Shown here piece by piece: positions 63,237 to 64,000 of a stretch of 64,000 nt of DNA. The position numbers and the translations under genes were made by a program. A model generated the notes under the pieces. The model saw only the letters and a list, made by a program, of their open reading frames with translations, was not told the DNA's origin and did not search any database. The stretch covers positions 9,674,001 to 9,738,000 of the forward strand of contig CM075989.1 of NCBI GenBank assembly GCA_038087875.1, written 5' to 3'. This DNA comes from Malacoraja senta. Lineage: Eukaryota. Position 1 is the first letter of the stretch, and each line of letters begins with the position of its first letter.

Positions 63237-63345
63237 TGAGTGTGTATGCGAGTGCATATGTGTGTGTGTATGTGTATGTGTGAGTGAGTGTGTGTGCGAG
63301 TGCATATGTGTGTGTATGTGTGTCTGGTGGTGGTGTGTGTTTGAG

Positions 63346-63383
<38 letters not shown>

Positions 63384-63423
63384 ATTGGTGGAAAGGTGGA
63401 ATATTGCGTCCCACTTAGTCTAA
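62328..63423 (+). mobile_element. Non-autonomous Helitron-like element with internal tandem repeats
   Basis: A|TCTATCTATATAATTAAAAGT start; GGTGGAATATTGCGTCCCACTTAGTCTAA|T end (CTRR); internal ~85-bp and two ~37-bp repeat arrays. Confidence 0.68.
63187..63382. repeat. (TG)n/(AG)n compound microsatellite
   Basis: Directly visible. Confidence 0.97.
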
Positions 63424-64000
63424 TTTCCTTTAAACTTGCTTGCACAATAACTTTTCACATGTGTGTTTGTTAAATTAATTTACTACTTCTCTTTTCAATG
63501 GTAGCAGCCCAGCATCTCAGGCAGGTGCAGAATCTTGTTCACGGTAAGAGTTTGGTAAAACAATATTTTATATTTTCATACGGTAGTCATTTCAAAAGCG
63601 AAAAGCTCTCAGCATTACAAGATTGCATCTTCCCACAATTTAGACTTTCCATAGAGCATTTTGAACTACAGGACAGAACAATAGGTTCAAGTCATGACCT
63701 CCTAATTTGTCATTTCTAGCGGAAGGAATATGAGGTGATTAATTCATAATTGCACAAAAATAATATTGGGAGAATAAAAACCCAACTTGGGTTAAATGTA
63801 ATTTTTCCATAAATTGCTAGTAATACACAGAGTGAATTTGATGGCCACACACTCAGTAAAAGTCATATTAATTAAGCACAAATAATTCTACAGCTATGGT
63901 GTCAAACAACAGAGTGGCTGAGGTCAACAACAAAAAAATAACAAACAAGTAAACAATACATGTTGTGAAAACCATGTATTTATAACAATGTGATCCCATG

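Noticed and set aside
63130..63445. Cys/Val- and His/Thr-rich ORFs
   Set aside because: Translations of a TG microsatellite.
59901..64000. Next upstream MAP2K5 exon (LKKSSAELKKILANGQ-like)
   Set aside because: Not found by eye; probably beyond the window.

Overview
Vertebrate genomic DNA, inferred to be from a cartilaginous fish (probably a skate or ray) from its repeat families. The window lies inside MAP2K5 (MEK5) on the minus strand. Seven small GT-AG exons (65, 40, 69, 82, 62, 49 and 74 nt; equivalent to human exons ~8-14) splice in frame into kinase subdomains I-VII. The ORF track misses all of them. The introns carry CR1 and Rex1 LINE pieces, tRNA-derived SINEs, two IR/DR Tc1 transposons, a Penelope-like element (RT + GIY-YIG), Harbinger-type MITEs, four non-autonomous Helitron-like elements and two 200-N gaps. 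Highlights: (1) a 145-bp TSD-flanked retroelement whose 5' end is a compact HDV/CPEB3-like ribozyme fold, sense to the MAP2K5 pre-mRNA; (2) many Penelope-terminus mini-insertions with a minimal hammerhead core, several with their own 10-13 bp TSDs; (3) a Helitron inserted 4 bp inside a sister Helitron; (4) a candidate 30-nt in-frame MAP2K5 microexon. Repeat family names come from recognition, not database searches, and boundaries of old repeats are approximate.
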